A DNA stretch of 64,000 bases, from NCBI GenBank assembly GCA_951406725.2, contig OX597823.1, positions 101,680,001-101,744,000 of the forward strand, read 5' to 3'. The notes beneath the pieces were generated by a model. The model did not search any database and was not told the DNA's origin. It saw only the letters and a program-made list of their open reading frames with translations. This document shows, one piece after another, positions 25,827 through 40,066 of this stretch; positions within the stretch are counted from its first letter, which is position 1; the number at the start of each line of letters is the position of its first letter. This DNA is from Octopus vulgaris. Taxonomy: Eukaryota. Position numbers and translations under genes: made by a program.

Positions 25827-26307
25827 CTATACGCATGCAGTCACCCAAGTGCACACATACAAGCAGATAACCGCCGTGAAGACGAACACACAAACACACA
25901 TGTGTAGCGTAACCAGCACAGGCGCACTCGCACAAACACACAAAGCGTCTGTGCACAATATACACACACACACACACACACACACATAGACAGGCACGGA
26001 CACACATACACATACGCACAGCTCTAGACAGACACATACCACAAACGAAAGTAGGAGCCAAGCTTAACGAACGATCGTGGCCCTGTTCACAGTTCGCTAT
26101 CGGAACCGTACAAGACATTCTCTTCATTTCTCGCTCTTTCTCTTTTCCCTTTTCCTATTGTTCGCAGACTTTTTACAACGGCTAAAAGTGGATAATGGCT
26201 AGGAAACATTTGCCCTCCTCCATGATTGTCGAATGTGCTAACAGAGTAAGTAAGAAATTTTGAATTTCTATATCGTTTCGAAAGCACTGACCGCTTATTT
26301 GAATATG

Positions 26308-26366
<59 letters not shown>

Positions 26367-26575
26367 ACAAAGCTAGTGAGAGAAGAGATAGTTTGCTTCG
26401 CTCTCTGAGACTTTCGCACCAGACATGCAAACTTTATTTTCACTAACTCTTAGAAAGAAGCATTGTGTTTCGTTTGTTTTCCTGAGAAATAGTTGTGTGT
26501 GTGTGTGTGTGTGTGGTTGTGTGTGAGTGTGTGTGTGCGCGCGTGTGTGTCAGTGCGCCCGCATGAGTGTTTATG

Positions 26576-26611
<36 letters not shown>

Positions 26612-26641
26612 TATAAATGTATAAGGTGGTGGCACAGCAGT

Positions 26642-26693
<52 letters not shown>

Positions 26694-26711
26694 CACACAC
26701 ACAGACACACA

Positions 26712-26784
<73 letters not shown>

Positions 26785-26914
26785 ATTTTATATACGCTTG
26801 TACATACGCGCATACATTCACGTATAAATTAAGGCATGCTTTTGTGAATATATATGTAAACACATGTAGAGATATACATTAATACATACATACATACATA
26901 CATACATACATACA

Positions 26915-26960
<46 letters not shown>

Positions 26961-27070
26961 AAAGTTCAGCAAAATTTAGATTCAAATGAATATGGTACTT
27001 AAGTTAGATGCACCAGAATTTTTTATGGTGTTATCCATATAAATCCATGGGGTGATTATAATCAAAATAA
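26961..27070. repeat. Truncated copy of the tail of the 31337-31546 fold-back family, in (TA)n
   Basis: GTTCAGCAAAATTTAGATTC...ATATGGTACTTAAGTTAGATGCACCAGAATT...GGTGATTATAATCAAAATAA matches 31342-31452. Confidence 0.8.
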
Positions 27071-27087
27071 TATATATATATATATAT

Positions 27088-27162
<75 letters not shown>

Positions 27163-27179
27163 TAGATATAGATATACAC

Positions 27180-27210
<31 letters not shown>

Positions 27211-27248
27211 CATATATATCTACATATATATATATATGTGTGTGTTTG

Positions 27249-27287
<39 letters not shown>

Positions 27288-28049
27288 GTATATATATATA
27301 TTTAATATATGCATACATACCATATAATACATATTTGATATATATGCATTCATATATACAATATATAAAGAATAATATATTACATATTTGTATAATATAA
27401 TATACACTCATAACGTGTGTGTTTGTGTATGAATGCACGTATGTATGATATGATGTTTATATGAATGAATGAATGTACATTTTTTTTACTGCACTCATTC
27501 AGAGGGTTTCGTCGATCAAATCGCACCTAGTCTGCTGCTATATATTTTGTCAGTTTCTTATTGTCGGAGAGCTAATTTTTACAGATGAAGTAATACAATA
27601 AACATTCAACCCCGTCCTAAAAGCCTGTGTAAACATATACGCGCGCACACACTAGCACAGCCGCGCGCGCGCGCACCCACACCCGCACATACATATCACA
27701 CCCACATGCACTCACACACACACATACATACACACACATGATATGTTTCCGTACAGTTTCCGTCTAAGAAATTTCAATCACAAAGCATTGGTTGACCCTA
27801 GGCGACGAACACTAGTACCGAACCCGAAACCGAACTGGCAGAAGAGTGAATTTCTAAATCACACAGATACGCCTGCGTCCATATAAATATGTGAAATATA
27901 TATCTCTGTATGCGAGATTTCGCATAAACATATATACGTGTCTATGTGTGTGTTTATATGTATGCATATATATATATATTTTTTTTCTTTGTTCATATTG
28001 TTTCTTTAACGTAATAGTGTTCCTAACATAGGCACGAAGCCTGAATATA

Positions 28050-28153
<104 letters not shown>

Positions 28154-28559
28154 CTTTCTTTCTCTATCTCTATTTATCTTGCCGTCTATGTATCTAAATA
28201 TTTGTGTGTGTGCGCACGCGAACGCGTGTTAAATAAACCGGCTCATTTGGAATTATAATAACTTAGAAGAATGACTTTAAAGTCATTCTAGTGAGGAAGA
28301 AACGAGAAAGCATGTAAAATATTCTTAAATGAGTCACTCAATCAAAGTTCTAATTCAAAAGTAGCTTTCTTCCTTTACAAATATCAGAAGGCGATTATTT
28401 TACTTTTACTTTTGACCTGGGTTAATAAATGCTTTGCTGGAATCGCTTAACAGTGAAACCGTACCCATAAAACTTAGGGAATATTGTTAGGTTTCGAGTA
28501 AACTTGTGTATAATGCTTATGTATGTATGAATGTACGTGTACATGTGTAATTATGTATA

Positions 28560-28767
28560 CAGGGTGGCCCGAATGTAGGTTTACAGTTATTCAACTATCT
28601 CTTTCGCATTCATATATTAACAGTTTAGATCTTAATTATAAAAATGTAATCATTATTCTATGCTAATTTAGTTAATTGTAAGATAGAAATTTAATTGTAA
28701 TAAAATGCTTTAAAAGAAATTTAAAGTGCCTACGTGATAACTGTAGACCTACTTTTGGGCCACCCTG
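28560..28767. mobile_element. Tc1/mariner-type MITE
   Basis: TIRs CAGGGTGGCCCGAATGTAGGTTTACAGTTAT / ATAACTGTAGACCTACTTTTGGGCCACCCTG with TA on both sides. Confidence 0.85.
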
Positions 28768-28829
<62 letters not shown>

Positions 28830-28962
28830 AGGTGAGCAAAAGGTGTATTTGGATTTACATATATATGAGTGGGAAATAAAATGAAGCTCAAAGAAATAAG
28901 AACGAATGGAAGACGACAAAAGGGGGGGGAGTATACAGTGAGAGAGATGCGGGGTGAGAGGC

Positions 28963-29023
<61 letters not shown>

Positions 29024-29024
29024 T

Positions 29025-29133
<109 letters not shown>

Positions 29134-29907
29134 GGGAATTGAGAAAGGGAATGAAGGGCTGAAAGATGCATTGTTTAAAGAGGTGGTAAAAGTTGAGTAA
29201 AATGAACGATATGAAAACAAGATATTGCATATAATGAATGAATGAATGAGTACATGAAATGAAGTGAAGAAAGAAAAAGAAATGAAAAATGAAAGAAAGA
29301 AAGAAAGAAAAGAAGCAAAAAAAGAGACAAATGGAGGATAGAAGGAAAGCAAAGAGAACGAGAAAGAATGTGTTAAGGGGAAAGAAGAAAGGAATACAAG
29401 TCGTGAATAGACTCATGAAGAGACAGGTGGACAGACAGACAGACAGACAGATAGACAGACAGACAGACAGATAGACAGACAGACTGACAGACAGACAGAG
29501 AGGCGAACTGGGAGGCAATAAACAGCAGGCAGTTTGTTTAAGAGAGGAAGAAGACATGGGTAACAAGCGATACATGCAGAGACACCACATGCAATCAGGA
29601 ACAGCTAGACAGATAGACAAGACCAAGTTGTATATGCATACACACACACACACACACACACACATTAATATAGACAGGCAGGCAGATAGATAGATAGATA
29701 GACAGTTAGGCATACAGACAAACAAGATAGTGATTGACTTACTCGACAGACACACAGGGGAATATAATAAACAGCGAATCTGTGTGAATGAAGCAGAGAG
29801 GAAAAAACGAGGGAAAAAAAATCAATCCATTTTTGCAAAGGTCAAATATGTTTTCCTTTACGTTATTTGTTGGTGAGATTAAAATTATGTATGAGGGTAT
29901 GTGTGTG

Positions 29908-29942
<35 letters not shown>

Positions 29943-30030
29943 ATATATATATACATATATATGTGTGTATACGTATGAATATGTATACATATACACATAC
30001 ACACACATTCACATACATACATACATATAT

Positions 30031-30072
<42 letters not shown>

Positions 30073-30221
30073 CATACATACATATGTAAAATATATATAT
30101 ATATAGCGAGAGAGAGAGAGAGATAAGTATGTATGTATGAACGTACGACTATGCCTTACGTATATATATGAATTATCGTTGATTTATAAATTTTAACTTT
30201 ATATTATATTTCATCTATTTT

Positions 30222-30275
<54 letters not shown>

Positions 30276-30312
30276 CATCCATCCATCCATCCATCCATCC
30301 ATCCATCCATCC

Positions 30313-30408
<96 letters not shown>

Positions 30409-30591
30409 CACGTAACCTTTATCCTTCCTTTTTAGTTCGGTTATGTATAGGAAGGAGCGAGTTTGTTGTCAAACTGGCCATCCATATGTTGGATTTGTCG
30501 TTTAATATTAAATAGCCGATGTCTGAGCCGTCATCAGCGAGCAAGATTTTCTCACATCGTAACTTTCTGATACACAGGCGCGTGCGCGCTT

Positions 30592-30664
<73 letters not shown>

Positions 30665-31336
30665 ACGATGATGGCGAACGGCAATGTGTCGATGCCACTT
30701 TTCAGAGTTTCCGTGATAAAATAAACCTTGTACTCTTAATATGTGTATTGTATGCGTCTTAATATTTAATTACTTTTATACATATATATGCATCAAGCAG
30801 CTTCAGCTAATGTGTGTGCGCGCGCGCGCGTATTATTATGAAATCACGACTATGTTGTGTTTTTATCATTTTTAACATGGTTTCGCATGAGTTTTTAACA
30901 AACATTTTCGGAATAGTAAAGTTCATAAATCCATCAGCACATTAGCCGCGGCCTACTTGTCTATTATTAACGCACGCTAACATTACATCATTCTGAAGAT
31001 GAGACTGCGAATGCTTTAGAAAATTTGATGATGGGTTTGGAGATGATACTCAAGCAAAAATATATAAAATAGATTAAAGGAAAAAGATCTTGAAAAAATA
31101 GAACTAGAACAAAGTCATGTTTTCAATACATATCAAAAGTTTAAAAAATTCCACACGTACACACATATAAACACATTCACACGTGCTCACTTGCACACAC
31201 ACACACCTTACATATGAGAGTGTGGATGCCTGTAAATGTGTTTCGTGCTCTCGTTCATTTTTCCGCATGTTGTGTTTCGTTAGTCTCCGTTTGCTGTATT
31301 CTTTCTGTTCTACCTTTGATTTATATATATATATAT

Positions 31337-31545
31337 AAATAGGTTCAGTAAAATTTAGATTCAGTTGAATATGGTACTTAAGTTAAAGGCACCAGAATTT
31401 ACTATGGTATTATCCATATAATTCAAAATGAGGTGATTACAATCAAAATAAGCAACAAGGATATCCAGAGGTAATGCAGAACAATCGTCGCATGAAACGA
31501 TCGTACTGCATTACCTCTGGATATCTTTGTTGCTTATTTTGATTA

Positions 31546-31546
<1 letters not shown>
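31337..31546. mobile_element. Fold-back element in (TA)n with the 3' half of a hammerhead motif
   Basis: Arms 31441-31488 and 31497-31544; GAAA-CGATCG-TA (palindromic stem III plus GUA site) at 31494-31505; tail 31337-31440. Confidence 0.8.
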
Positions 31547-31587
<41 letters not shown>

Positions 31588-31630
31588 TAAATAAATGGAG
31601 TTGAACGGAGATGTTATTAAAATTCTTTTA

Positions 31631-31713
31631 CTTTCGACATATGTTTCGAAGACAACATTGGTTTTATTCAAAAGGATTAAAGGGTGTAAAATGCAATCTT
31701 CCCATCAGGAAAG
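31631..31713 (-). ncRNA. Type-I hammerhead ribozyme, inverted twin with A9>G core change
   Basis: Minus strand CTTTC-CTGATGG-GAAGA...TCTTC-GAAA-CATATG-TC-GAAAG. Confidence 0.75.
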
Positions 31714-31815
31714 ACGTCGAATCTACTAACGGTTTTTAAAAATACTTAACGTTCTGTTTATCATTTAGGCAGTCATCGTAATTGTTATAATGTCTTGTTG
31801 AGATAAGCTCTCTTT

Positions 31816-31898
31816 CTTTCCTGATGAGAAGATTGCATTTTACACCGTTTATTCCTTTGGAATAAAACCAATGTTGTCTTCGAAACATATGTCGAAAG
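31816..31898 (+). ncRNA. Type-I hammerhead ribozyme, canonical core
   Basis: CTTTC-CTGATGA-GAAGA...TCTTC-GAAA-CATATG-TC^GAAAG: 5-bp stem I, intact CUGAUGA/GAAA core, 5-bp stem II base, palindromic stem III, GUC cleavage site after 31893. Confidence 0.88.
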
Positions 31899-32092
31899 TA
31901 AAAGAATTTTAAAAACATCTCCGTTCAACTCCATTTATTTACGTATACTATACAAATTACTGCACATTAACCCGGAGTTTCTACCATTGAATAGGTCGCT
32001 TCATCCGTATTACTTGCGTGAATTTTGCTACCCCGGTAACTGTTTATTGAATTTTCCATGTTAACGGTAAACAAATGATAATTCATTCATCC

Positions 32093-32152
<60 letters not shown>

Positions 32153-32609
32153 GCACACATACATAAGTGTAATTATATGCATATACACCGTTATGTGTAT
32201 ACATATATGTTTGTGAGTATGTAAGTGTGTGTGTGTGTATGTGTGCAGTCAGCAGTATCAAGGACAATACGGCTGTGGGCATGACAAGTGATGCTGTAAA
32301 TAATGTATATAACGTGTGATTATCAATGTATGGGTGCAAACATTGGGCCCTGGCGATGCTTCTGTGATAGCGAAAGAAGACGTGTTTGTTTACAGTATAA
32401 TTGGTAGGAGTGTTATGTATATATTACAGATATTGCATTTCATCAGCTTTGAAGTGATAAGCCGTTGAACTGATCCCCGTTGGGAACTGATCTCATGGAA
32501 ATGTATATATAATACCGAATTAAATATCAAAAATCTTGTTGACAGCTCTCGGCTGTCCATGTTGCACGCATTGCTGCAATGATTAAATAAACGCATACAT
32601 ACATATATG

Positions 32610-32666
<57 letters not shown>

Positions 32667-32709
32667 GTGTCTGTGTCTGTGTGTGTGTTTGTGTGTGTAC
32701 TTGTCCTTC

Positions 32710-34190
32710 TAAATTTGTTTCAAGGCCAGCGGCTTTGAGGAAATAGGATAAGTCGATTTGATCGTCGCAGTACTTGACTGGTATTTTACTTCTTCCGTCC
32801 AGAAAGAATAAAAAGCAAAATTGACTATGGCGGAATTTGAGATCGTAAAGTCATGAGTAGGAAGAAATGCTGTTAAACATTTTGTTCGACGCCTTAACGA
32901 TTCTGCCAGCTTACTACCTTAATCTACTATAATGATACTCTTGTGGTTTTCTCCGTCACAACATATGAATGAGAAAGGAAGGGGTGATAGATGAATAAGA
33001 AAGGAAGGGGTGGTGGCAAGCTGGTAGTGGGATGGTGAGCCTTCAACGCTGAAAAGAAAACTCAAACAGCGTTTCAACTCTGTGTTAGTATCTGTGTGTA
33101 TGTGTGTGCGTGTACAAGGAAAGTATGTGAATATATGTGAACATTGACAAGTGTATTAATTTGATTTACCATCCATATTTATATATAAAATAATACAATT
33201 AGCCGTCATTTTTGACGGCACAGTAAATAGATAATTCCTTCCTACCATAGGCATAAGACCTGAAATTTAGAAGAGGGGACTATTCGATTACATCGATCCC
33301 AGTGCTCAGCAGGAGTTTATTTTATTGACCCCCGAAAGGATGAAAGGCAAAGCTGGCCTCAGCAGTATTTGAGATAAGAACGTCAAGAGCCGAATGAAAT
33401 AGCGCTAAATATTTTGTCCGATGCGTTAACGATTTTACCAGCTCGCCGCCTTAATACATAATTAAATAATAACAAGCGTTTCAAACATATGCAACAAGAT
33501 CAGAAAATGGAGTTGGGGACAGATGTTCGTCGATTAAATAGACCCCCAATTTTTCACTGGTACTCTGTTTCATCGACGCCGGGGTGCAAGATAAAAGAAA
33601 AAAGTTGACTTCGCAAGATTTGATCTCAAAAGTCAGAGACAGAACAAATAACACAAAAGCATTTTGTTCAACGCTCAAACACTTCTACCAACCACCGCCC
33701 TAATTATTGCTTCTGAATTTGTACAAAGCCTGAAACTTGAGTGAGGTAGTGGGTAAGAAAGTGTTGGAGAGAGGGGGCAAAAAGGAGTTGGCGGCAAAAA
33801 GGAATGAGTGGGCGCATGATGGAATTGCTTGACTGGAGATTTATTTTATCAACCCTTAGTGACCTCGAGAAGAATTGAACTAAGAGCGTAAAAAATTGAA
33901 ACAATTTCCGCAAGAAATTTTATCTGAGAATTGCTTTAAACATGAGCATAATGCCAGAAATTTGGCATCTACAAAAGGCTGAAACACAAACTTGACCTCA
34001 GCGGGATTTGAACTCAGAATTTAAAGAGCCATCACAATTACCACAATGTATTTTAGCCGACGTTCAAATGATGCTGCTAATGTTTCTTACTTAGGCACAA
34101 AGTGCGTTGGGAGTGATTTATCCAGTCGATAAATCAATCCCAGTATATATTGATCCCGGAAAGATGAAAGGCAAAGAAGCCCTCGATAAA
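32710..34190 (-). mobile_element. Cluster of about 6 co-oriented degenerate SINE family B copies
   Basis: Repeated family B motifs (GGCAAAG..GACCTC, ATTTGA.CTCAGAA, CCAGCTCGCCGCCTTAA). Confidence 0.75.
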
Positions 34191-34234
34191 AGAAACAGTA
34201 GTAACAGTGAAAACAACAACATAAAACAATGACT

Positions 34235-34610
34235 AGGCGCCCGCGTGGCTGTGAAGTTAAGAAGCTCACTTTGCAACCACATGATATCGGGTTCAGTCTC
34301 ACTGCACAACACCTTGAATAAGTGTCTTCTATTACAGCCTGGCCTGAGCATTACTTTGTAAGGGAAGTGCGTGGAAGCCCCTTGTGTATGTGTGTGGGGG
34401 TGGGGTGGCGTGTGTATGAGAGAGAGAGAAAGTCTGTGTTTTTCCCATCACTACTTGAGAGCCGGTGTCGGTTTGTTTATGTTCCCATAACGTAGCTGTT
34501 TGGCATAAGATACCAGACCTGTAAAATAAGTACTGGAATCGAATGGCTCGACTAGAAATCCTTTAAAGCGGTTCCTTAGTATGGCCGCAGTTTAATAGAT
34601 AAAAGAAAGA
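34235..34610 (+). mobile_element. SINE family A, degenerate
   Basis: AGGCGCCCGCGTGGCTGTG...GGGTTCAGTCTCACTGC...TATGGCCGCAG. Confidence 0.7.
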
Positions 34611-35105
34611 TAAAACTTTGAAGTGGTTGCTTTCTTTGCAAGAAAAAGCAGCCAAACCGTCCTCAAATCACATACTAAAAAAAGGAAATTAAGAGAAAGT
34701 AAAGACAGGCTCAATAATGTAATCTTAGACATCCCTAGAAATGCATGGTGGTCACGGATGGAACAGTTTCGATCATAGAGCTGCTTGATCAGTCAAATAA
34801 CTAAATGAATGAGTAAAAGACATAATTAGTAAACTAATTCGTAAATTAACATTTAAAATACAAACAAGTAATCATGAACACACGGATCCATTTAGTTCAG
34901 GATAAATGCTCTTTTCACGTTCCAACATATACCCAAACCAACTCCTACAACCGCTAGAACACCCACCATCAACAGTCACATTACAGTCATGTCAGCATTT
35001 TCACTCACTTTCGCATAACAATCAACTGTTGACATAAATTCAGTAGCGATTATTATAAACGTTATGTAATATCTAAAGAAGATTGCGATAAAAAATTTGG
35101 AGGTA

Positions 35106-35204
35106 CGGCGGTACATATTCTAAAATTGGAACACTACAGAGAAGTTTGCCGTGGCCTCTGCGCAAGGATGACACGCAAATTCGTGAAGCGTTCCATATTT
35201 TTTT
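35106..35204 (+). pseudogene. U6: U6 snRNA pseudogene (5' stem-loop missing, AGC triad mutated)
   Basis: ACATATTCTAAAATTGGAACACTACAGAGAAGTTTGCCGTGGCCTCTGCGCAAGGATGACACGCAAATTCGTGAAGCGTTCCATATTTTTTT matches metazoan U6; the ACAGAGA box is intact and the 3' half is identical. Confidence 0.93.
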
Positions 35205-35367
35205 AGGCGTAGGAGTGGCTGTGTGGTAAGTAGCTTCCTTACAAACCACATGGTTCCGGGTTCAGTCGCACTGCGTGGCACCTTGGGCAGGTATCTTCTA
35301 CTATAGCTTCGGACCGACTAAAGCCTTGTGAGTGGATTCGGTAGACGGAAACTGAAAGAAGCCCGTC

Positions 35368-35413
<46 letters not shown>

Positions 35414-35605
35414 GTGTATATGTTTGTGTCTCTGTGTTTGTACCCCCAACATCGTTTGACAACCGATGCTGGTGTGTTTACATCCCCGTAACTTAGCGGT
35501 TCGACAAAAGAACCGATAGAATAGGTACTACAATTTGCTCGACTAAAGGCAGTGCTCCAGCATGGCCACAGTCAAATGACTGAAACAAGTAAAAGAGTAA
35601 AAGAG
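35205..35605 (+). mobile_element. SINE family A, full length, directly joined to the U6 oligo(T) end
   Basis: AGGCGTAGGAGTGGCTGTGTGGTAAG ... GACTGAAACAAGTAAAAGAGTAAAAGAG, colinear with 6103-6560. Confidence 0.88.
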
Positions 35606-35721
35606 GGAAAGCAAGAAAGGAAGAAAAGATCGGCCTTCTCTCCTTTCAACATTCCGGCATCTCAAATCTTTCGCTGCAAGCAACAGGCAATGCAAACCGT
35701 CTGGTTTGTTCTTTGAAGTAA

Positions 35722-35785
<64 letters not shown>

Positions 35786-35964
35786 TTGTCGATGTGAGAA
35801 CTGTTGCTGCTCATGTATTTTAATTTAACTTAAAAAAAAAAAAAATTAACGAACTATTGAGTTTGGTTTAATGGCCTACCAATGTATACTATGAGTTTCT
35901 TTGCCCTAGGAGTCGGGAAGACACTCGGCAAGAAATGGAAGCAAATTTGAAAGAAGAAAAAAAA

Positions 35965-35984
35965 GTAATAATAATAATAATATT

Positions 35985-36052
<68 letters not shown>

Positions 36053-36116
36053 TAATAATAACAATAATAATAATGATAATAATGAAAATAATGATAACAA
36101 TAATAATAATAATAAT

Positions 36117-36154
<38 letters not shown>

Positions 36155-36246
36155 GAAGAAGAAGAAGAAGAAGAAGAAGAAGAAGAAGAAGGAGGAGGAG
36201 GAGGAGGAGGAGGAGGAGGAGGAGGAGGAGGAGGAAAAGAAGAAGA
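35965..36246 (+). repeat. Compound trinucleotide array (ATA)n-(ACA)n-(AGA)n-(AGG)n
   Basis: Direct reading of the sequence. Confidence 0.95.
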
Positions 36247-36294
36247 ATTTCTACTAAAGGCCTAAGGCCTGAAATTACATTGATTCCAGAGCAT

Positions 36295-36545
36295 AATGAT
36301 GGACGAAATACCTATTTCTTTACTACCCACAAGGGGCTAAACACAGAGAGGACAAACAAGGACAGACAAACGGATTATGTCGATTATATTGACCCCAGTG
36401 CGTAACTGGTACTTATTTAATCGACCCCGAAAGGATGAAAGGCAAAGTCGACCTCGGCGGAATTTGAACTCAGAACGTAGCGGCAGACGAAATATCGGTA
36501 AGCATTTCGCCCGGCGCGCTAACGTTTCTGCCAGCTCGCTGCCTT
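36295..36545 (-). mobile_element. SINE family B with LINE-like tail
   Basis: Nearly identical to 14975-15220 and 21210-21455. Confidence 0.88.
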
Positions 36546-37419
36546 ATGTGATGATGATGATAATAATGAGGATGATGATGATAAAGACGAAGAGGATAAG
36601 GAGGAGGATAGGTGGGATGGAGATGGGAACGTTGATGAAGATAACTTCTTAAATCGACTCGACACACAGTTAGATAACAGCGGATTGATGCTTGGGACAT
36701 GAATTTGTTGTATTTATTCATTTCAAAAAGACAACGTTTAATGCAATTACTAAAGCCGGGTCCTCTCTCCTCTGTCCCTCTTACCAGACATACGTTAAAC
36801 ACAATCGGATCACAGGTTCTGTTCTGCGAGGGTGCTCTGCTGCTCCACATATGCGTACTTCAACACAACAACAACAACAACAGCAAAAAGCACTGAGAAC
36901 ATTCTTTGTTGATGTGATACATGATATAATATAGTTGACAGGGGACAGAAGGTAAGATATAGGAACTAGGAGGGGTTCAACAGTGTGAGAATTAAAGGGA
37001 TATATACATGTGTGCGTGTGTGTGAGTGTGTGTGCGCGCGTGTGAGTGTGTGTGCGCGCGTGCATGTGTGTGTGTAGCATGTATATGTGTGTATATATTA
37101 TATATATGGGTCCCACGCTTTGAGTGTTGTGAATGTGAGCGAATATGCCTCTCCAGAGCTAGCCCCACAAGTCACCTACGCAAGCACGCTAAAAGGTCTG
37201 AGGTTGAATAGAACCAATTTCAAGCAGCTAATCCATTATGTAATTTAAGTGGTAGAGAATTTTCTGGTCGGTCGGAACTTGCAAGGCACACAAAAGTACA
37301 CGATCGGGGTTCTGTACCGAACTAGCACTTGACTGTAACGCATAAAAATGAATGTCACATTTGCCGCAATAAATGCAAACCAGGTTATAACCCGTTAAAA
37401 ACTATGCCAAACACAACTC

Positions 37420-37714
<295 letters not shown>

Positions 37715-38271
37715 CGACGACGACGACAGCGAGGAAGAAGAGAGGAGGAGGAAGAGGATTGTGGGTACTATGGTACTGATTTTAAAAAAGTAGAAAAAGC
37801 AACCCCACCTCCCCAAACAAGATAACCTACTAGTGATGGTCATACGCATCTAACGGTCGTCATACGAGTGTGTGTATAGCTAGATAAATAGGTAGATAGA
37901 TAGAGAGAGGGAGAAAGAGAGAGATACGTTTAATTTTACGATATGTAAAGTTTGTGTGAGACTGTGTACAGTTATTTGTGTTTCTGAGTCTGTGAGTTTA
38001 TGTTGCGTGAATACGTGGGTTTGTCTCAAAGGGACATTCGCTTTGATTGGGGAAAGTGTCAGAAGGAATGAGAAGGAGTGGGAGAGAGAAAAGAACAAAA
38101 GAGTTTGAAAATAGAAGGAAGAGAGTGAGAAGGAGAAAGAGAGAGACAGAGACAGAGAGAGAAAAGGTAGGTATGAGTGTACAGAAGATTCTTTGGAAAT
38201 TAGAAAAAAGAGAGAGGCTGGAGTGATGTGGTAGCAGACGTGTATATGTATATGCATGCATGACTGTAAGA

Positions 38272-38317
<46 letters not shown>

Positions 38318-38695
38318 GAGACAGACAGACAGACTAACAATGAGCAAAAATGAAAGAAAAATGATAGACAAACGAGAGAAAGGGAGATGACAGACAGACA
38401 GGCATACAGACAGAGAGAGTGTGCATTAAAGAGACATTCGGTTAAGTTTGGGATGATGTAAGAAAGACAGAATGAAGATAGAGAAAACGAGAACGTGAAG
38501 GAAGAAATTGCTCGATGATGTATGATACATGGCATTGGCGGTTTGTTGGTTTGTTTCATGGAGAAATCGAGCGGGAAAGTGTGAGAGAGAGAGAAGGAGA
38601 TGTGAAAAGGCACCATTACTAGCGCATAAGACAGGCTTATACATGTACACATGTATGCACATATGCTTACATGCATGCACATATGCACTAATTAT

Positions 38696-38737
<42 letters not shown>

Positions 38738-39145
38738 TTACAGACATAAATGCAAACGTGCATGCATGCCTACGTATACGCATTCAAGCATAGACATTCG
38801 AGATTGCTCACATGTGCGCGCTCACACACAAATACCAAAAGATGTTAAAACATGTACAACATGAAGGTTTACTAAGTTTATACATCATACACACTCTACA
38901 TACACTGTCAGTCTGTATGCGTACATTGTATATAAATGTATATACATAGTTAGCCACCTTTACACATTATGTCAGATAATTTTTTCTCACACGGCTAAGT
39001 GTGTGATAAAGAATGTGATACGAGGAAATGAAATCTTACTGCTGCTGCTGCCGCCGTTGTTGATGTTGTTGTCGTTGTTTGTCTGGTTCTATATGTTAAA
39101 GACAGTCTCGAATGTGTCGACTGTATGAGGAATTCATATATTTTA

Positions 39146-39202
<57 letters not shown>

Positions 39203-39365
39203 TACGTATCAGATCCTGTGTGTCTAGCGATGATATCCGTCAACGATTTCGTTTGGAGGATTTCGTTTTCCTTTAGATTGTGTATTCTTGTTGTGTATGT
39301 GTGTGTGTAAGTGTGTGAGTATGTGTCCAGGCGTTTCAGCTTCACTAACCTACCTACCTACCTAC

Positions 39366-39447
<82 letters not shown>

Positions 39448-39450
39448 GAG

Positions 39451-39494
<44 letters not shown>

Positions 39495-39545
39495 CACACA
39501 AACAAACAGACAAATAGACAGATTTATCTGTCTACTGTCTCCTTA

Positions 39546-39597
<52 letters not shown>

Positions 39598-39971
39598 CAA
39601 CGAAAGAAAGAAAATGGAGAATTATGGATGTATAATTAAGAGGTTGAATGTTTTTTATTAAAAACAATACAAATAAATTATAAAGCTCTAAAAAAGAAAT
39701 GTCAGATGGCAAAAATTTTCTTTTTAGATTTATAGTTTATAAGATATTTGTATTGTTTTTATAAAAAAAACTTTCAACCTCGTAATACCATACAAATATA
39801 TTAATTATACATCCATAATTCTCCATTTTCTTTCTTTCATTATTAACAATAAGTATTACAATAATAGGCCCTAACATATCGTCGAGACTTTCTCCTTATA
39901 TGATAGTGATTAACCAGTGAAATTTGTGGATTATTTAATCCCTAATGAGAACCTGATATCCTCGAATTGAA
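39598..39971. mobile_element. Fold-back element, second copy of the 12147-12512 family, in (TA)n
   Basis: Arms GAAAGAAAGAAAATGGAGAATTATGGATGTATAATTAA / TTAATTATACATCCATAATTCTCCATTTTCTTTCTTTC; the tail is the reverse complement of 12147-12255. Confidence 0.85.
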
Positions 39972-40066
39972 TATATATATATATATATATACATATATAC
40001 GTATATATATAATTTCCGATGCTGCGGATATAATACCATTCTTATTTTCTCTATTTTTCCCTATTT

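Larger units (their letters stand above)
31585..32097. mobile_element. Fold-back element with two outward-facing hammerhead ribozymes (Penelope-like derivative) in (TA)n
   Basis: Arms ~31587-31714 and ~31815-31942 are reverse complements around a ~100-nt loop; tail 31943-32097; (TA)n on both sides. Confidence 0.9.

Noticed and set aside
30490-30545. CTGATGA on the minus strand
   Set aside because: No downstream GAAA/stem III.
35106-35204. Functional U6 gene
   Set aside because: 5' stem-loop absent, catalytic AGC triad altered, no evident upstream PSE/TATA.
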